From Candidatus Woesearchaeota archaeon (GTDB lineage Archaea > Nanobdellota > Nanobdellia > Woesearchaeales > SKIA01): DNA of 64,000 nt. The translations under genes and the position numbers were made by a program. Position 1 is the first letter of the stretch. The number at the start of each line of letters is the position of its first letter. This document shows positions 29,727 through 38,763 of the stretch, piece by piece. The notes under the pieces are model-generated. The model searched no databases and was not told the DNA's origin. It was given only the letters and a program-made list of their open reading frames with translations. The stretch is taken from contig JBJKRI010000006.1 in NCBI GenBank assembly GCA_046704725.1, positions 1 through 64,000 on the forward strand. The letters run 5' to 3'.

Positions 29727-31751
29727 TCAGGACACCACGCTCACGCCCGCGTGCTTCTCGATACGGAGCACCCGATCCACGAACGCCTCCATCTTCTGCT
29801 CGTGGCTGACGATGATGACCTGGCGGTTCGACAATTCGCGCAGGACGTCCCGGACACGGTCGAGCTGCTCGGTCGAGAAACCGTCGGTGGGCTCGTCGAG
29901 GATGAGCAGGTCGGTGGTCCTGATGCCCTGGACAAAGCCGTTGACGACGGTATTGAGGGCGAGGCGGTAGGCGAGGGCGACTGCCGTGCGCTCTCCCCCG
30001 GACAAGTGCAGGATGTCGGCGTCATAACCGTCCTGGGAGACGAGCGGCGAGAAATCTTCCCCCAGCGTGCCGAACAAGGCGTCGTCCTCCAAGAGGGCGG
30101 CGCACCACTCGGTGAAGCGCCTGCCGAACTCCGCGTGGATGCTCCCGAGCACGGCGCGCTCGATACGTTCGGCGACCGGGGAGAACGCGTCTGACAACCA
30201 CTTCTCCTCCGTGCGGATCGCGGAAAGAGATGCCTTCTGCTTCTTGCGATCAGCGATGCGTCCCGCGAGCGACTCCTTCTCGCGCATGAGGGCCTCATGC
30301 TCGGCAGCGGCGCGCGCCGCGGCGACAGCGGCCTCCTGCGCCTTGTCACGGAGCGCCTCGAGCAGTTCCTTGTGGGCGGTGTAGGCATCATCGTCGAAAT
30401 CCGAACGTTGGACCGCGGCGAGCTCCTCTCTCGCCACAGAGATAGCGGTCGCGTTCTTTTCGAGCAGTTCGGAGATGTCGTTGAGACGCTTCTTCTCCGC
30501 TTCCATCCGGGCGAGATGGGCGGCGTGCTCCCGGTACGCCACCTCTCGCTCTCTCAGAAGCTTCTCTTGCGCTTGGATGCGATCGAGGATGTCACGGGCC
30601 TTCTGTATCTTCTCGCGGAGCGGCCCGTCCTCCGCGGCGAGCGTTCCCATCGCTCGCTTTCGTTCGGAAGCGATGTGCTCCTTGTGCTCGGGACCCACGG
30701 ACTGGCGACAGACCGGGCAGACGGTCAGCGCGTCGATCTTCGACGCGTCATCCGCGAGCTCCTTCCTGCGACGAGCGATCTCCTCGGAGCGCGCGGTCGC
30801 CCGTTCGAGGACGGTCCGTGCCTTCTCGCGCTTCTCGCGCAACGCGTCAAGCTTCGCCGACGGGTCCTCCACGGCAGGCTCTTCCTCCTCGGACGCTTTC
30901 TGGAGCGATTCTTGCTCGGTGAGAAGAGATTCCCTCTGCTGTTGCGCCTGGCGCAGGCGCTCCTCGATGCGCGCGAGGCGTTGCTTGCGCTCCTGCTCCT
31001 TCTGATAGGCGGCCTCGAGCCTCTCGCCCTTCTTCTTGGATTCGGACAATCGCTCCTCGGCCGATCCACGCTCTTTGGCCGCGCGCTCCTCGGAAGCGGC
31101 GGCCTCCACCAGGCGTTCGGCGAGAGAATCGCGTTGCTCCTCGAGATCGGAGAGGTCCTCGACCTGTCCTTCGAGGTAGCGGCGCTTCTCGCGCACGGCG
31201 CGCAGGACGAGCTGGGCGTTCTGCGCGACCGCCTTGTAGACATCCATGCCAAACACGCTGCGCAAGGTGTCGAGGCGCTCTTGCGGTGGTTCGAGCACGA
31301 TGCGCTTCATCTCCTCTTGCGGCGTGTACACCGTGTAGCGGAAGACGAAGCCCTTGCTCTTGGTCAAGAGCTGCTCTGGATAACCGAGGATGGAGAGCAC
31401 GCGCGCCTTGAGCTCGTTCGCGGAGAGCTCCTCCTTCACGCCTTCGGTGACGAGGTAGCCGCCGTCCTGGCGCACGCCGTTGGACGATCGCTTGAGGTCG
31501 CGGCGGACCGTGTATTCCTTACCGCAGGAGAAACGCAAGGTGACGCTGCCGTCCTTCGCGCCATGACGGAGCAGGCCGTCGCCGGCGAGGTCGCCGCGAC
31601 GGATACCGAACAAGGCGAACTCCACAGCGAGCAGGATGGTGGACTTGCCAGCGCCGATATCACCGGCGAGCAGCGTGACGCCCTCGGAGAAATCCACGGT
31701 CGCGTCCTCGTAGGAACGGATGTTCTTGAGCACGACCTCGTGGATGAGCAT
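29727..31751 (-). CDS. rad50: Rad50/SbcC-like SMC ATPase
   Basis: NIRSY, GDIGAGKST, coiled coil with CPVC hook, LSGGE, LILDEPT, SH. Confidence 0.88.
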   Translation of the reverse strand: MLIHEVVLKNIRSYEDATVDFSEGVTLLAGDIGAGKSTILLAVEFALFGIRRGDLAGDGLLRHGAKDGSVTLRFSCGKEYTVRRDLKRSSNGVRQDGGYLVTEGVKEELSANELKARVLSILGYPEQLLTKSKGFVFRYTVYTPQEEMKRIVLEPPQERLDTLRSVFGMDVYKAVAQNAQLVLRAVREKRRYLEGQVEDLSDLEEQRDSLAERLVEAAASEERAAKERGSAEERLSESKKKGERLEAAYQKEQERKQRLARIEERLRQAQQQRESLLTEQESLQKASEEEEPAVEDPSAKLDALREKREKARTVLERATARSEEIARRRKELADDASKIDALTVCPVCRQSVGPEHKEHIASERKRAMGTLAAEDGPLREKIQKARDILDRIQAQEKLLREREVAYREHAAHLARMEAEKKRLNDISELLEKNATAISVAREELAAVQRSDFDDDAYTAHKELLEALRDKAQEAAVAAARAAAEHEALMREKESLAGRIADRKKQKASLSAIRTEEKWLSDAFSPVAERIERAVLGSIHAEFGRRFTEWCAALLEDDALFGTLGEDFSPLVSQDGYDADILHLSGGERTAVALAYRLALNTVVNGFVQGIRTTDLLILDEPTDGFSTEQLDRVRDVLRELSNRQVIIVSHEQKMEAFVDRVLRIEKHAGVSVVS

Positions 31752-31802
31752 GGACTGGCGTGAGCACGGCCGCTTTTATGGTTTTGGTGGGCGTGTCCCG
31801 TG

Positions 31803-32102
31803 CTAGACGATACGCTGGATGGGGCGGAGCACCTCATAGACGTTCCCTCCGTAAGAGAACCACGCGCCGGAAGGACCTGTCTGCACGGGCTGGACCCGTT
31901 CCCTGTACGCTTCGGGGAAGCGTTCGAACGGAAAGTCGGTGAACAAGAGGAGATGGGGATTCATGCGCAGGGCCGCCTCCGCGGTCCGGCGATCGCGCGC
32001 ACGAGGCAATTCCCTCGCAGTCATCTCGCGGCGGCGCGTATCGCCGAACACCTCCCGCAATTGCTGACGGACCTGCGGCTCGAGCTGAGTATAGCCGAGC
32101 AT
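31803..32102 (-). CDS. Hypothetical protein
   Basis: Gap-filling ORF; no motif; start uncertain. Confidence 0.45.
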   Translation of the reverse strand: MLGYTQLEPQVRQQLREVFGDTRRREMTARELPRARDRRTAEAALRMNPHLLLFTDFPFERFPEAYRERVQPVQTGPSGAWFSYGGNVYEVLRPIQRIV

Positions 32103-32222
32103 GACGCCCCACGTCCGAGCAGGCCCGTTGCTACGCATAAGGAGCGGTTTGCGACAGCGCTTTTATTGCTTGCGGTAGACGCCGCGCTAAAGCTTTAATA
32201 ACGCTCTTGGCTTCAGGAAGAC

Positions 32223-32564
32223 ATGCGATACGCGATGCTCGCGCTCGTCGTGCTCGGCGCGTTGGCCGCCTGCACTGCGCAGACGGTCACGCTCACCTAC
32301 CAGCCGAAGCAATGCGACCAGACGCCATGGCAAGCGTGGTACGGCAACGGGAGCATACAGTTCGTGAAGGCGCCGACGGACGCGGAGCTCATCATCGCGT
32401 ACTACGGCTCGAAGAACATCACTGTCGACGACGTCAAGCGCGTGGACAGCGGGAAGCTCGCGTGCCAGGCATGCCATGTCTGCGACACGACGTACTCGTT
32501 CACGGTGCACGTCTCGCCGACGGACGCCGCGAGGCTCGAAGCGCTCAACTGGACGCGCGGATAG
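32223..32564 (+). CDS. Small lipoprotein-like secreted protein with CxxCxxC
   Basis: LGALAAC lipobox-like signal; QC..TPW and CQACHVC. Confidence 0.7.
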   Translation: MRYAMLALVVLGALAACTAQTVTLTYQPKQCDQTPWQAWYGNGSIQFVKAPTDAELIIAYYGSKNITVDDVKRVDSGKLACQACHVCDTTYSFTVHVSPTDAARLEALNWTRG

Positions 32565-32598
32565 GTTTTTAAGGGCCTGACGGGTTTCGGCCTGCAAC

Positions 32599-32671
32599 AG
32601 CCCCGTGGTGTAGAGGCCAAGCATCGAAGCCTTTGGAGCTTTGGACCGCGGTTCGAATCCGCGCGGGGCTA
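32599..32671 (+). tRNA. tRNA-Gln(UUG), no intron
   Basis: AGCCCCG acceptor (A1-U72); GAAGC-CTTTGGA-GCTTT; GGTTCGAATCC. Confidence 0.95.
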
Positions 32672-32780
32672 TCGCGAATTTTGCTTGAATGGGCGAGGAA
32701 TACGCAGATAAAACGCTAATCGCGCCCCGTTTTCGAGAAGCACCGAAAGTTTTAAGAGAGGACGATGACCACTCCAGACA

Positions 32781-33185
32781 ATGTATCCGGCGTTGCTCCT
32801 GGAGGATCCATTATCGCCAGGGAGGTACGGCTCGCACCGTGTCGAAGAGATTCCTGCAGGAGCCGCTCCCGTACTCGATCCTGATGCTCCTTGCTATGGC
32901 GCCTCGGCGTGGAACCACATCGACGATGCCATCCCCCTGTTGGAGCGTAGCGGACCTGCAGCGCTCGCAGAAGCGTATGATATCGCAAGAAAGAGGGGGG
33001 CCGCTTTCTTCAGCACGGCGCGCAACCCAGAGAGCGGGCGCGAAGAGGCCCATCTCCTCGCCTGGAACCAGCACGCGGTCCTAGACGGGATCAGGCGCAC
33101 CATACTTCGCGGCATCGACGGAAACGACGGACCATTTGCGCGCCGATTCGATTACGCCACTGGAAAGCTGGTCTGGGGAAACTAG
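32781..33185 (+). CDS. Hypothetical protein
   Basis: 134-aa ORF; TTTTAAG about 25 nt upstream. Confidence 0.55.
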   Translation: MYPALLLEDPLSPGRYGSHRVEEIPAGAAPVLDPDAPCYGASAWNHIDDAIPLLERSGPAALAEAYDIARKRGAAFFSTARNPESGREEAHLLAWNQHAVLDGIRRTILRGIDGNDGPFARRFDYATGKLVWGN

Positions 33186-33269
33186 AGCACACCACGCGTT
33201 CGCCAAACACCGATTGCCCATAACGCATAAATAGCCCGGAATGCCCGCCCAGGGGATGGAGGGAGGATT

Positions 33270-34469
33270 GTGAACCTGTTCGTCGTCTCGTTCCTCCTAC
33301 TGACGTTCCTGCTCTTGTTCATCCTCGTCTCGTCCTACATCGACTATCGCAGGAAACGCAGACGGACGAAGACGCCCTCCGTCTCTTTCTTCGTGCCCTG
33401 CTACAACGACGGAGACAGCGTCGAGGACGCCATCCACAGCATCTACAAGTCCTACGACAAGAAACATATGGAGGTCATCGTCGTCGACGACAAGAGCACG
33501 GACGACTCGCTCAAGAAGCTCCGCTCGCTCAAGAGACGGCTCGCGTTCCGCCTCATCGAGCAGAAACGCAACACGGGCAAGGCGGCCGCTCTCAACAACG
33601 CGACCAAGCACGCGAGAGGGGAGGTGTTCTTCTTCGTTGACGCTGACGTGCGGCTCAACAAGGCCGCGGTGGACGACATCCTCGCCCGCATGGAGGAGGA
33701 ACGCGTCGTAGCGGCGAGCAGCCCGTACCGTCCCAAGCAGCAGGCGTTCTTGCCGCTCATGCAGGAGATGGAGTACAACTACCTCTCGTTCATGCAAGGC
33801 GCGCACAACATGTTCAGCACGGTGAGCGTGTGGGGCGGTTGTTTTGCCGTCGAGAAAGGACCGTTCAAACGAGTGCACGGCCTCTCCCCCAATGCAATCA
33901 TCGAGGACATGGACCTCGCGCTCAAGCTCAAGGAGGCCGGCTTTCGCGTCGAGCAGAGCTTCAAGCCCATCGACACGGTCGTGCCGGACAAAGTGCCGGT
34001 CTGGTACAAGCAGAAGATCCGCTGGAGCTCGGGGGCGGGGCAGGCGTTCGTCCGCCACCTCAAGACATTCCTGGAGAGCCCGCTCCACATAATCTTATGG
34101 GCATTGTTCTCCGTGCTCAGCCTCATAACCGCGGTGAACCTCATCACGCAAATAGCCTATATCGAGAGCATCTATGACGTGTTCCATCTCGTGCATCTCA
34201 CCACACCGCTCCTGTCGAGCGTGGACGTGGTGGGGCACGCGTACGGGACGCAGATCCTGCTCGACGCGTTGGCGAGCGTCGCCTTCGCCGTCTTCTCCAT
34301 ACCGTTCACCGTCCCGCTCATGGAGGGCTGGAAGGATGTCTACAAGGCGCTCTACGCGATACCCTACGCCCTGCTTTACTTCCCGATATTCACCGTGGTG
34401 TCGACGTACGGTTTCATCATCGGCCTGGCGAAATACAAGCGGCTCGAGAAGGCCAAGCGCGCCTGGTAA
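33270..34469 (+). CDS. GT2 processive glycosyltransferase (PgaC/CesA-like)
   Basis: VPCYN, VDDKSTD, GKAAALN, DAD, ED, QKIRW; TM helices; GGAGG before GTG. Confidence 0.92.
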   Translation: MNLFVVSFLLLTFLLLFILVSSYIDYRRKRRRTKTPSVSFFVPCYNDGDSVEDAIHSIYKSYDKKHMEVIVVDDKSTDDSLKKLRSLKRRLAFRLIEQKRNTGKAAALNNATKHARGEVFFFVDADVRLNKAAVDDILARMEEERVVAASSPYRPKQQAFLPLMQEMEYNYLSFMQGAHNMFSTVSVWGGCFAVEKGPFKRVHGLSPNAIIEDMDLALKLKEAGFRVEQSFKPIDTVVPDKVPVWYKQKIRWSSGAGQAFVRHLKTFLESPLHIILWALFSVLSLITAVNLITQIAYIESIYDVFHLVHLTTPLLSSVDVVGHAYGTQILLDALASVAFAVFSIPFTVPLMEGWKDVYKALYAIPYALLYFPIFTVVSTYGFIIGLAKYKRLEKAKRAW

Positions 34470-34500
34470 GCTTAAATAGCACGTTCAGCGGAGAACACTC

Positions 34501-35532
34501 ATGGTCTTCGTGGAAGCGGTGCTGTTCGTCGTGGGGCTCGCACTGCTCTTGCAGGGGAGCGATTTTTTCGTGGAGGCGGCAAGCGACATCGCTACGCGTC
34601 TTGGCGTGTCGGAGTTCTTCATCGGACTGACCGTCGTGGCCATCGGCACGAGCATCCCCGAGCTCGCGGCGAGCATGACCGCGGCGGCGAGCAACGCGAG
34701 CGCATTGGTGGTGGGGAGCATCATCGGCAGCAACATCGCGAACATCGGGCTTGTCGTCGGTATCGGCGCGATCGCGATGGCCATCAAGACCGACCGGCGC
34801 ATGCTCGTGCGCGACGGGGCGATCATGCTGCTCGCGACCGGTCTGTTCTACATCGTCGCTCTCGACACGCGCATCACGCGCATCGAAGCGGGGATACTGC
34901 TATTGGTGTACTTCGCGTACCTCCTATTCTTGCTCAACGAGAACCCCAAGACCGAGGAGCGCGTCTCGCACATCGGATCGTTCGTGCGCTACTTCGTCGA
35001 GCTGCGCTACCTGCGCGACATCCAAGAGCGCGCCGTCCACGCCTTCAACGGCAAGAAGCACATTGACCGGGTCATGCTCCGCGACGGGGCCATCCTGGTC
35101 CTCTCGCTCGCCGCGATCATCTTCGGGGCGCGCGCGATGGTGCGCGAGGCGATCTACTTCGCCACGACGTTCGGCGTCGCGCAACAGCTCATCGGCATCA
35201 CCGTCGTCGCGATCGGCACGAGCGTGCCGGAGCTCGCGGTCACGTTCTCCGCGGCGAGGAAGCATCTCGGCAATATCGCTCTGGGCAACGTGATCGGCAG
35301 CAACATCGCCAACGTCTTGCTCGTCGCGGGAGGAGCCGCGCTCGTGCATCCGCTCGTCGTGTCGACAGCGACGCTCGCATTCAGCATCCCGTTCGCGATA
35401 TTCATCAGCCTCGTGCTCCTCTTGTTCCTGCGCACGAGCTGGAGGGTGCAGCGATCCGAAGGGGTGGCGCTCGTGTTCGTCTACGCGGCGTTCATCGCGC
35501 TGCTCGTCTTCCGGCCGGCGCTCGTCGGCTAG
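34501..35532 (+). CDS. Ca2+/Na+ antiporter (CaCA, YrbG-like)
   Basis: Two alpha repeats GTSIPE/GTSVPE and two GSNIAN motifs. Confidence 0.94.
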   Translation: MVFVEAVLFVVGLALLLQGSDFFVEAASDIATRLGVSEFFIGLTVVAIGTSIPELAASMTAAASNASALVVGSIIGSNIANIGLVVGIGAIAMAIKTDRRMLVRDGAIMLLATGLFYIVALDTRITRIEAGILLLVYFAYLLFLLNENPKTEERVSHIGSFVRYFVELRYLRDIQERAVHAFNGKKHIDRVMLRDGAILVLSLAAIIFGARAMVREAIYFATTFGVAQQLIGITVVAIGTSVPELAVTFSAARKHLGNIALGNVIGSNIANVLLVAGGAALVHPLVVSTATLAFSIPFAIFISLVLLLFLRTSWRVQRSEGVALVFVYAAFIALLVFRPALVG

Positions 35533-36092
35533 GTGAAGGCCGCTCCCTGGACTTGCATCCACGCGACGAACAGGAGCCAGCAGGCGAAGAGCAGGACCGC
35601 GAATACCGCGGTGGTGATGGCGACGACCGCGATGGAACGTCCCGTGCTCAGCTTCTCCACCTCCTTGACCGCGAACACGCCCACGACGAGCTGGTACAGG
35701 AGCGGCAGCCAGCCGATGATGGGGATGAAGGAGAGAACGCGCAGAGCGGTCGCGTAGCCGCGGGCGCGGAGCAGGCCGCGCACGCTCCCCCTGCCGCCGA
35801 AGCTGACCGCGAGCAGGTGGTACACGCCGCTCACCGCCCACAAAGAAACGACCGCGCCGATCGAGAACAGCACGCCAAGAATGAAGAGATTATAGAGCAG
35901 CCCGACAGCGGAGATGCCGTACCAGCGCGAAGCGGGGGACAGATCGCCGATGAAGAGGGACAACGCGACGGCCACGAGCATGGAGACGACGGCGATCCAT
36001 GTCGCGATAGTGGTGCTCCGGGGCCGCTTGGACAGACGGCGCATCGTCTTCTTGTCGAGGGCGAGCACGCGGAAGATGTCCTTGAAGAGCAT
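35529..36092 (-). CDS. Yip1-family membrane protein
   Basis: HLLAVSFGGRG...GYA...IPIIG...LSTGRS pattern. Confidence 0.8.
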   Translation of the reverse strand: MLFKDIFRVLALDKKTMRRLSKRPRSTTIATWIAVVSMLVAVALSLFIGDLSPASRWYGISAVGLLYNLFILGVLFSIGAVVSLWAVSGVYHLLAVSFGGRGSVRGLLRARGYATALRVLSFIPIIGWLPLLYQLVVGVFAVKEVEKLSTGRSIAVVAITTAVFAVLLFACWLLFVAWMQVQGAAFT

Positions 36093-36123
36093 TCGCGTGC
36101 CCCGGAGACCGCAGCATAAAAAG

Positions 36124-36648
36124 CTATTGCTGCGGGACCTCGCAGCGCTCGGACGTCGCGTTCCAATAGAGGGCGAAGAGCAGTATCCCGATGCTCAGGA
36201 TGGACAGCTCGATGCCGCCGAAGGGGAGGAAACCGACCCCTGCGGTGAGGCCGAGCAACGGGAGGATGCCGGTGGCGCACGACGGGCAGCCCGTGAGGGT
36301 GAGCCCCAAGAGGCTGCCCAGGCCGACCGTTCCCGCTCCGCGCACCCGCACGGCGCGCGCGACGATGAGCGCGACGTTGATACCAGTCAATACGCCCACG
36401 ATCGCGACAAAGACGGTCACGTACGAGGCTTGGCCGGTGAAGATGCCCACGATCAATCCACCGAGGACGTGCAGGGCGTATGAAGCGTCGCCGGAGAGCA
36501 TCGCGTTCCAGATGAAGGAGATGTTCGGAGCGAGCCCGACGAGCAGGAAGAAGACGACGGCGATCGCGGCGGCGATGAGCGATTGCCGCCAGCCCAGCTG
36601 CGCGCGCACGAAGCGCACGGTCTCCTTGACGTTCTCCGTGAAGCGCAT
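36124..36648 (-). CDS. Membrane protein with GCPSC motif
   Basis: 4-5 TM helices; TGCPSC followed by FLPFGG. Confidence 0.75.
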   Translation of the reverse strand: MRFTENVKETVRFVRAQLGWRQSLIAAAIAVVFFLLVGLAPNISFIWNAMLSGDASYALHVLGGLIVGIFTGQASYVTVFVAIVGVLTGINVALIVARAVRVRGAGTVGLGSLLGLTLTGCPSCATGILPLLGLTAGVGFLPFGGIELSILSIGILLFALYWNATSERCEVPQQ

Positions 36649-36715
36649 GGTCCTCTCGTGCGATAAGATGCTTTACATATAGTATGTTAAAGAAGAAAAA
36701 AAGAAAGGTTGGCGC

Positions 36716-37444
36716 TCAGCTGCTGAGCGCCTGGTCGATGGCCGAGGTGAAGACCGAGGTCGGCTGCGCGCCCACGATCTTCTTGCCGTTGACGAAGAAG
36801 GTCGGCGTGCCTTGCACACCGGCCGCCTGTCCTGCGGCCTCGTCCGCCATCACCGTCTTCTTGACCGAACCATTAGTGTCGGCGTAGCACTTGTCGAACG
36901 CCGTGCCGCTCATGCCCGCCTGGATGGCCCAGGTGCGCAGGTTCGCGTCGGTCAGGCTCTGCTGGTTCGCGAAGATCAGGTCGTGCATCTTCCAGAATGC
37001 TGTATTGCCAGCGTTCTCGTAGACGCACTCGGCCGCGATCGCTGCCGGCAAGGCCCGCGGGTGCAGGCTCGTCAGCGGGAAGTCGCGGTACGCGAACAGG
37101 ATCTTGCCCGTGTCGATGTACTTGCTCTTTATCGTCGGGTAGGTGTTCGTCTCCCATTCCCCGCAGAAGGGGCATTGGAAGTCGCTGAACTCGATGACGG
37201 TGACTTTCGCGTTCTTGTTGCCGATGGTTGGATCATTGCCGATCGTCGGCGCCTGCGTCGGAGCTGCCTGTGTAGGCGCGGCTTGCGTCGGCGTCGGAGC
37301 GGCGTTGTTCCCGATCGTCGTCCCCTGACCGCCGGTCCACCACAATGTGGCGAAGACGGCGTTGAGGAGCAACGAGACGAGGAGCAATGCGCCCAGAACG
37401 ATCGTGGCGATCATCCACGGTCTCTCGGCTTTCTTGGTTGCCAT
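36716..37444 (-). CDS. Membrane-anchored DsbA/BdbD-family oxidoreductase
   Basis: N-terminal TM; EFSDFQCPFC, RDFPL, GTPTFFVNG. Confidence 0.93.
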   Translation of the reverse strand: MATKKAERPWMIATIVLGALLLVSLLLNAVFATLWWTGGQGTTIGNNAAPTPTQAAPTQAAPTQAPTIGNDPTIGNKNAKVTVIEFSDFQCPFCGEWETNTYPTIKSKYIDTGKILFAYRDFPLTSLHPRALPAAIAAECVYENAGNTAFWKMHDLIFANQQSLTDANLRTWAIQAGMSGTAFDKCYADTNGSVKKTVMADEAAGQAAGVQGTPTFFVNGKKIVGAQPTSVFTSAIDQALSS

Positions 37445-37507
37445 AGGGTCGCTGAACGGCGGTCCGCTTAAGAACTTTGCGCGATAAATGCGTCATATAT
37501 ACGCGCT

Positions 37508-37543
37508 TTGAAACGCTTAATAAAGTTTATTTAACCGTTTCAA
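37508..37543. promoter_or_regulatory. AT-rich imperfect palindrome, candidate operator upstream of the DsbA-family gene
   Basis: TTGAAACG-CTTAATAAAGTTTATTTAAC-CGTTTCAA. Confidence 0.5.
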
Positions 37544-37565
37544 CGTTTAATGAAGGGTGAATGGG

Positions 37566-38063
37566 TCAGAACGACAGATGGACCCTGAAGGAGCGGCCCT
37601 CGGGGGTGCGACGGACAAGACCCTGCTCCTCGAAGCCAGACAAGACCTGTGAGACGCGGCCCGGGGTGAGGTTGGTGCGATAGGCGAGCGTGGACTGGAG
37701 GATGCCGTCCTCCTTCATGACAGCGGACAGCAATGCGCGCTCCCCGGGGGCCATGACCTTGCCGAGCAGTTCGACCTGCTCCTCACGGCTGCGCTGGCGC
37801 GCGCGCTCTTTCGCGAGTAGCTCCGCGGTGTCGCGGTGGAAGACGAGGAAGTAGACGCCCATGCTGAGCACGGCGGAGACGAAGCCGACAGCGATATTGC
37901 TGTAGGACAAGGACTGGGTCGCTTGCATGCAGCCGGGCGTGTTCGCGACGCAACCCAGCACCTGCGCCTTGTGCGTGAGCGACTCGATCGTCGCGTACAA
38001 GATACCGCCGAAAGCGAGCGAGACACCGACAAGCAAGCCCCCCACAGTCCGTTTGGAAACCAT
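37566..38063 (-). CDS. 2-TM protein with Cys pair and C-terminal wHTH (COG2512/MarR-like)
   Basis: TM, GCVANTPGC loop, TM, then GILQSTLAYRTNLTPGRVSQVL..FEEQGLV. Confidence 0.8.
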   Translation of the reverse strand: MVSKRTVGGLLVGVSLAFGGILYATIESLTHKAQVLGCVANTPGCMQATQSLSYSNIAVGFVSAVLSMGVYFLVFHRDTAELLAKERARQRSREEQVELLGKVMAPGERALLSAVMKEDGILQSTLAYRTNLTPGRVSQVLSGFEEQGLVRRTPEGRSFRVHLSF

Positions 38064-38140
38064 CCAACATCAAGATGCGCGTCGCACTTTATGAGTGTTA
38101 TGGACCAAAGCCTGAAATAGACGTGCGGGACCGGAAACGC

Positions 38141-38398
38141 ATGGCCTGGAACGCGGCGAAATCCCTCATTCTCAACGCCTTTTTTCCGGGAGTTGGAACC
38201 CTGCTCGGCGGACGCACCATAACCGGCTCGTTGCAGGTCCTCGGCCTGGTGATGGGCATCGTCGTCATCCTCGCAGGTCACGCAGCACAGAACGTGCTCA
38301 CAATCGTCTACGGCGTGGCTCTGGTCGTGCTGGTGTGGCTGTGGGCGATCGGGACCGGCGTGCGGATGGTGACAGCTAATGCACGGGCATCGCATTGA
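38141..38398 (+). CDS. Small membrane protein
   Basis: LNAFFPGVG plus 2-3 TM helices. Confidence 0.6.
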   Translation: MAWNAAKSLILNAFFPGVGTLLGGRTITGSLQVLGLVMGIVVILAGHAAQNVLTIVYGVALVVLVWLWAIGTGVRMVTANARASH

Positions 38399-38732
38399 GT
38401 TCCGCAATACAATGATGATGCAGCTTGCGAGGGACTCGCGTGTACCCGGGAGCAACGCTCATTTTACTGCGAGGAGAGTCAATCCTGCAATGACGGCCCA
38501 GATAACCTCCCTCAATCGCCATCACCCGCGCGTGCAACTCTTGCAGAGACGACGAATGAGCGAGCGAAAGCCCACGGAGCGTCGCAACGTATTCCTGCTG
38601 ACCATCCAGTTGCGCGCTCGCTCGGGAGACAACAATCGGCGCCCGCAGTTCATCCTCGGGCTGGAAGCGATAGACTTCTTCCCCAACGACGGCGAAGCCC
38701 TCCCTTGAGACTACAAGGTCTAACCCCCACAT
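38376..38732 (-). CDS. Hypothetical protein
   Basis: Gap-filling ORF; TATATAT about 25 nt upstream. Confidence 0.45.
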   Translation of the reverse strand: MWGLDLVVSREGFAVVGEEVYRFQPEDELRAPIVVSRASAQLDGQQEYVATLRGLSLAHSSSLQELHARVMAIEGGYLGRHCRIDSPRSKMSVAPGYTRVPRKLHHHCIAELNAMPVH

Positions 38733-38763
38733 GGACGGCAATCAACCACGGTCGCATATATAC

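Noticed and set aside
37240-37305. PTQAA repeats in the DsbA-family gene
   Set aside because: Ordinary linker repeat within a CDS.
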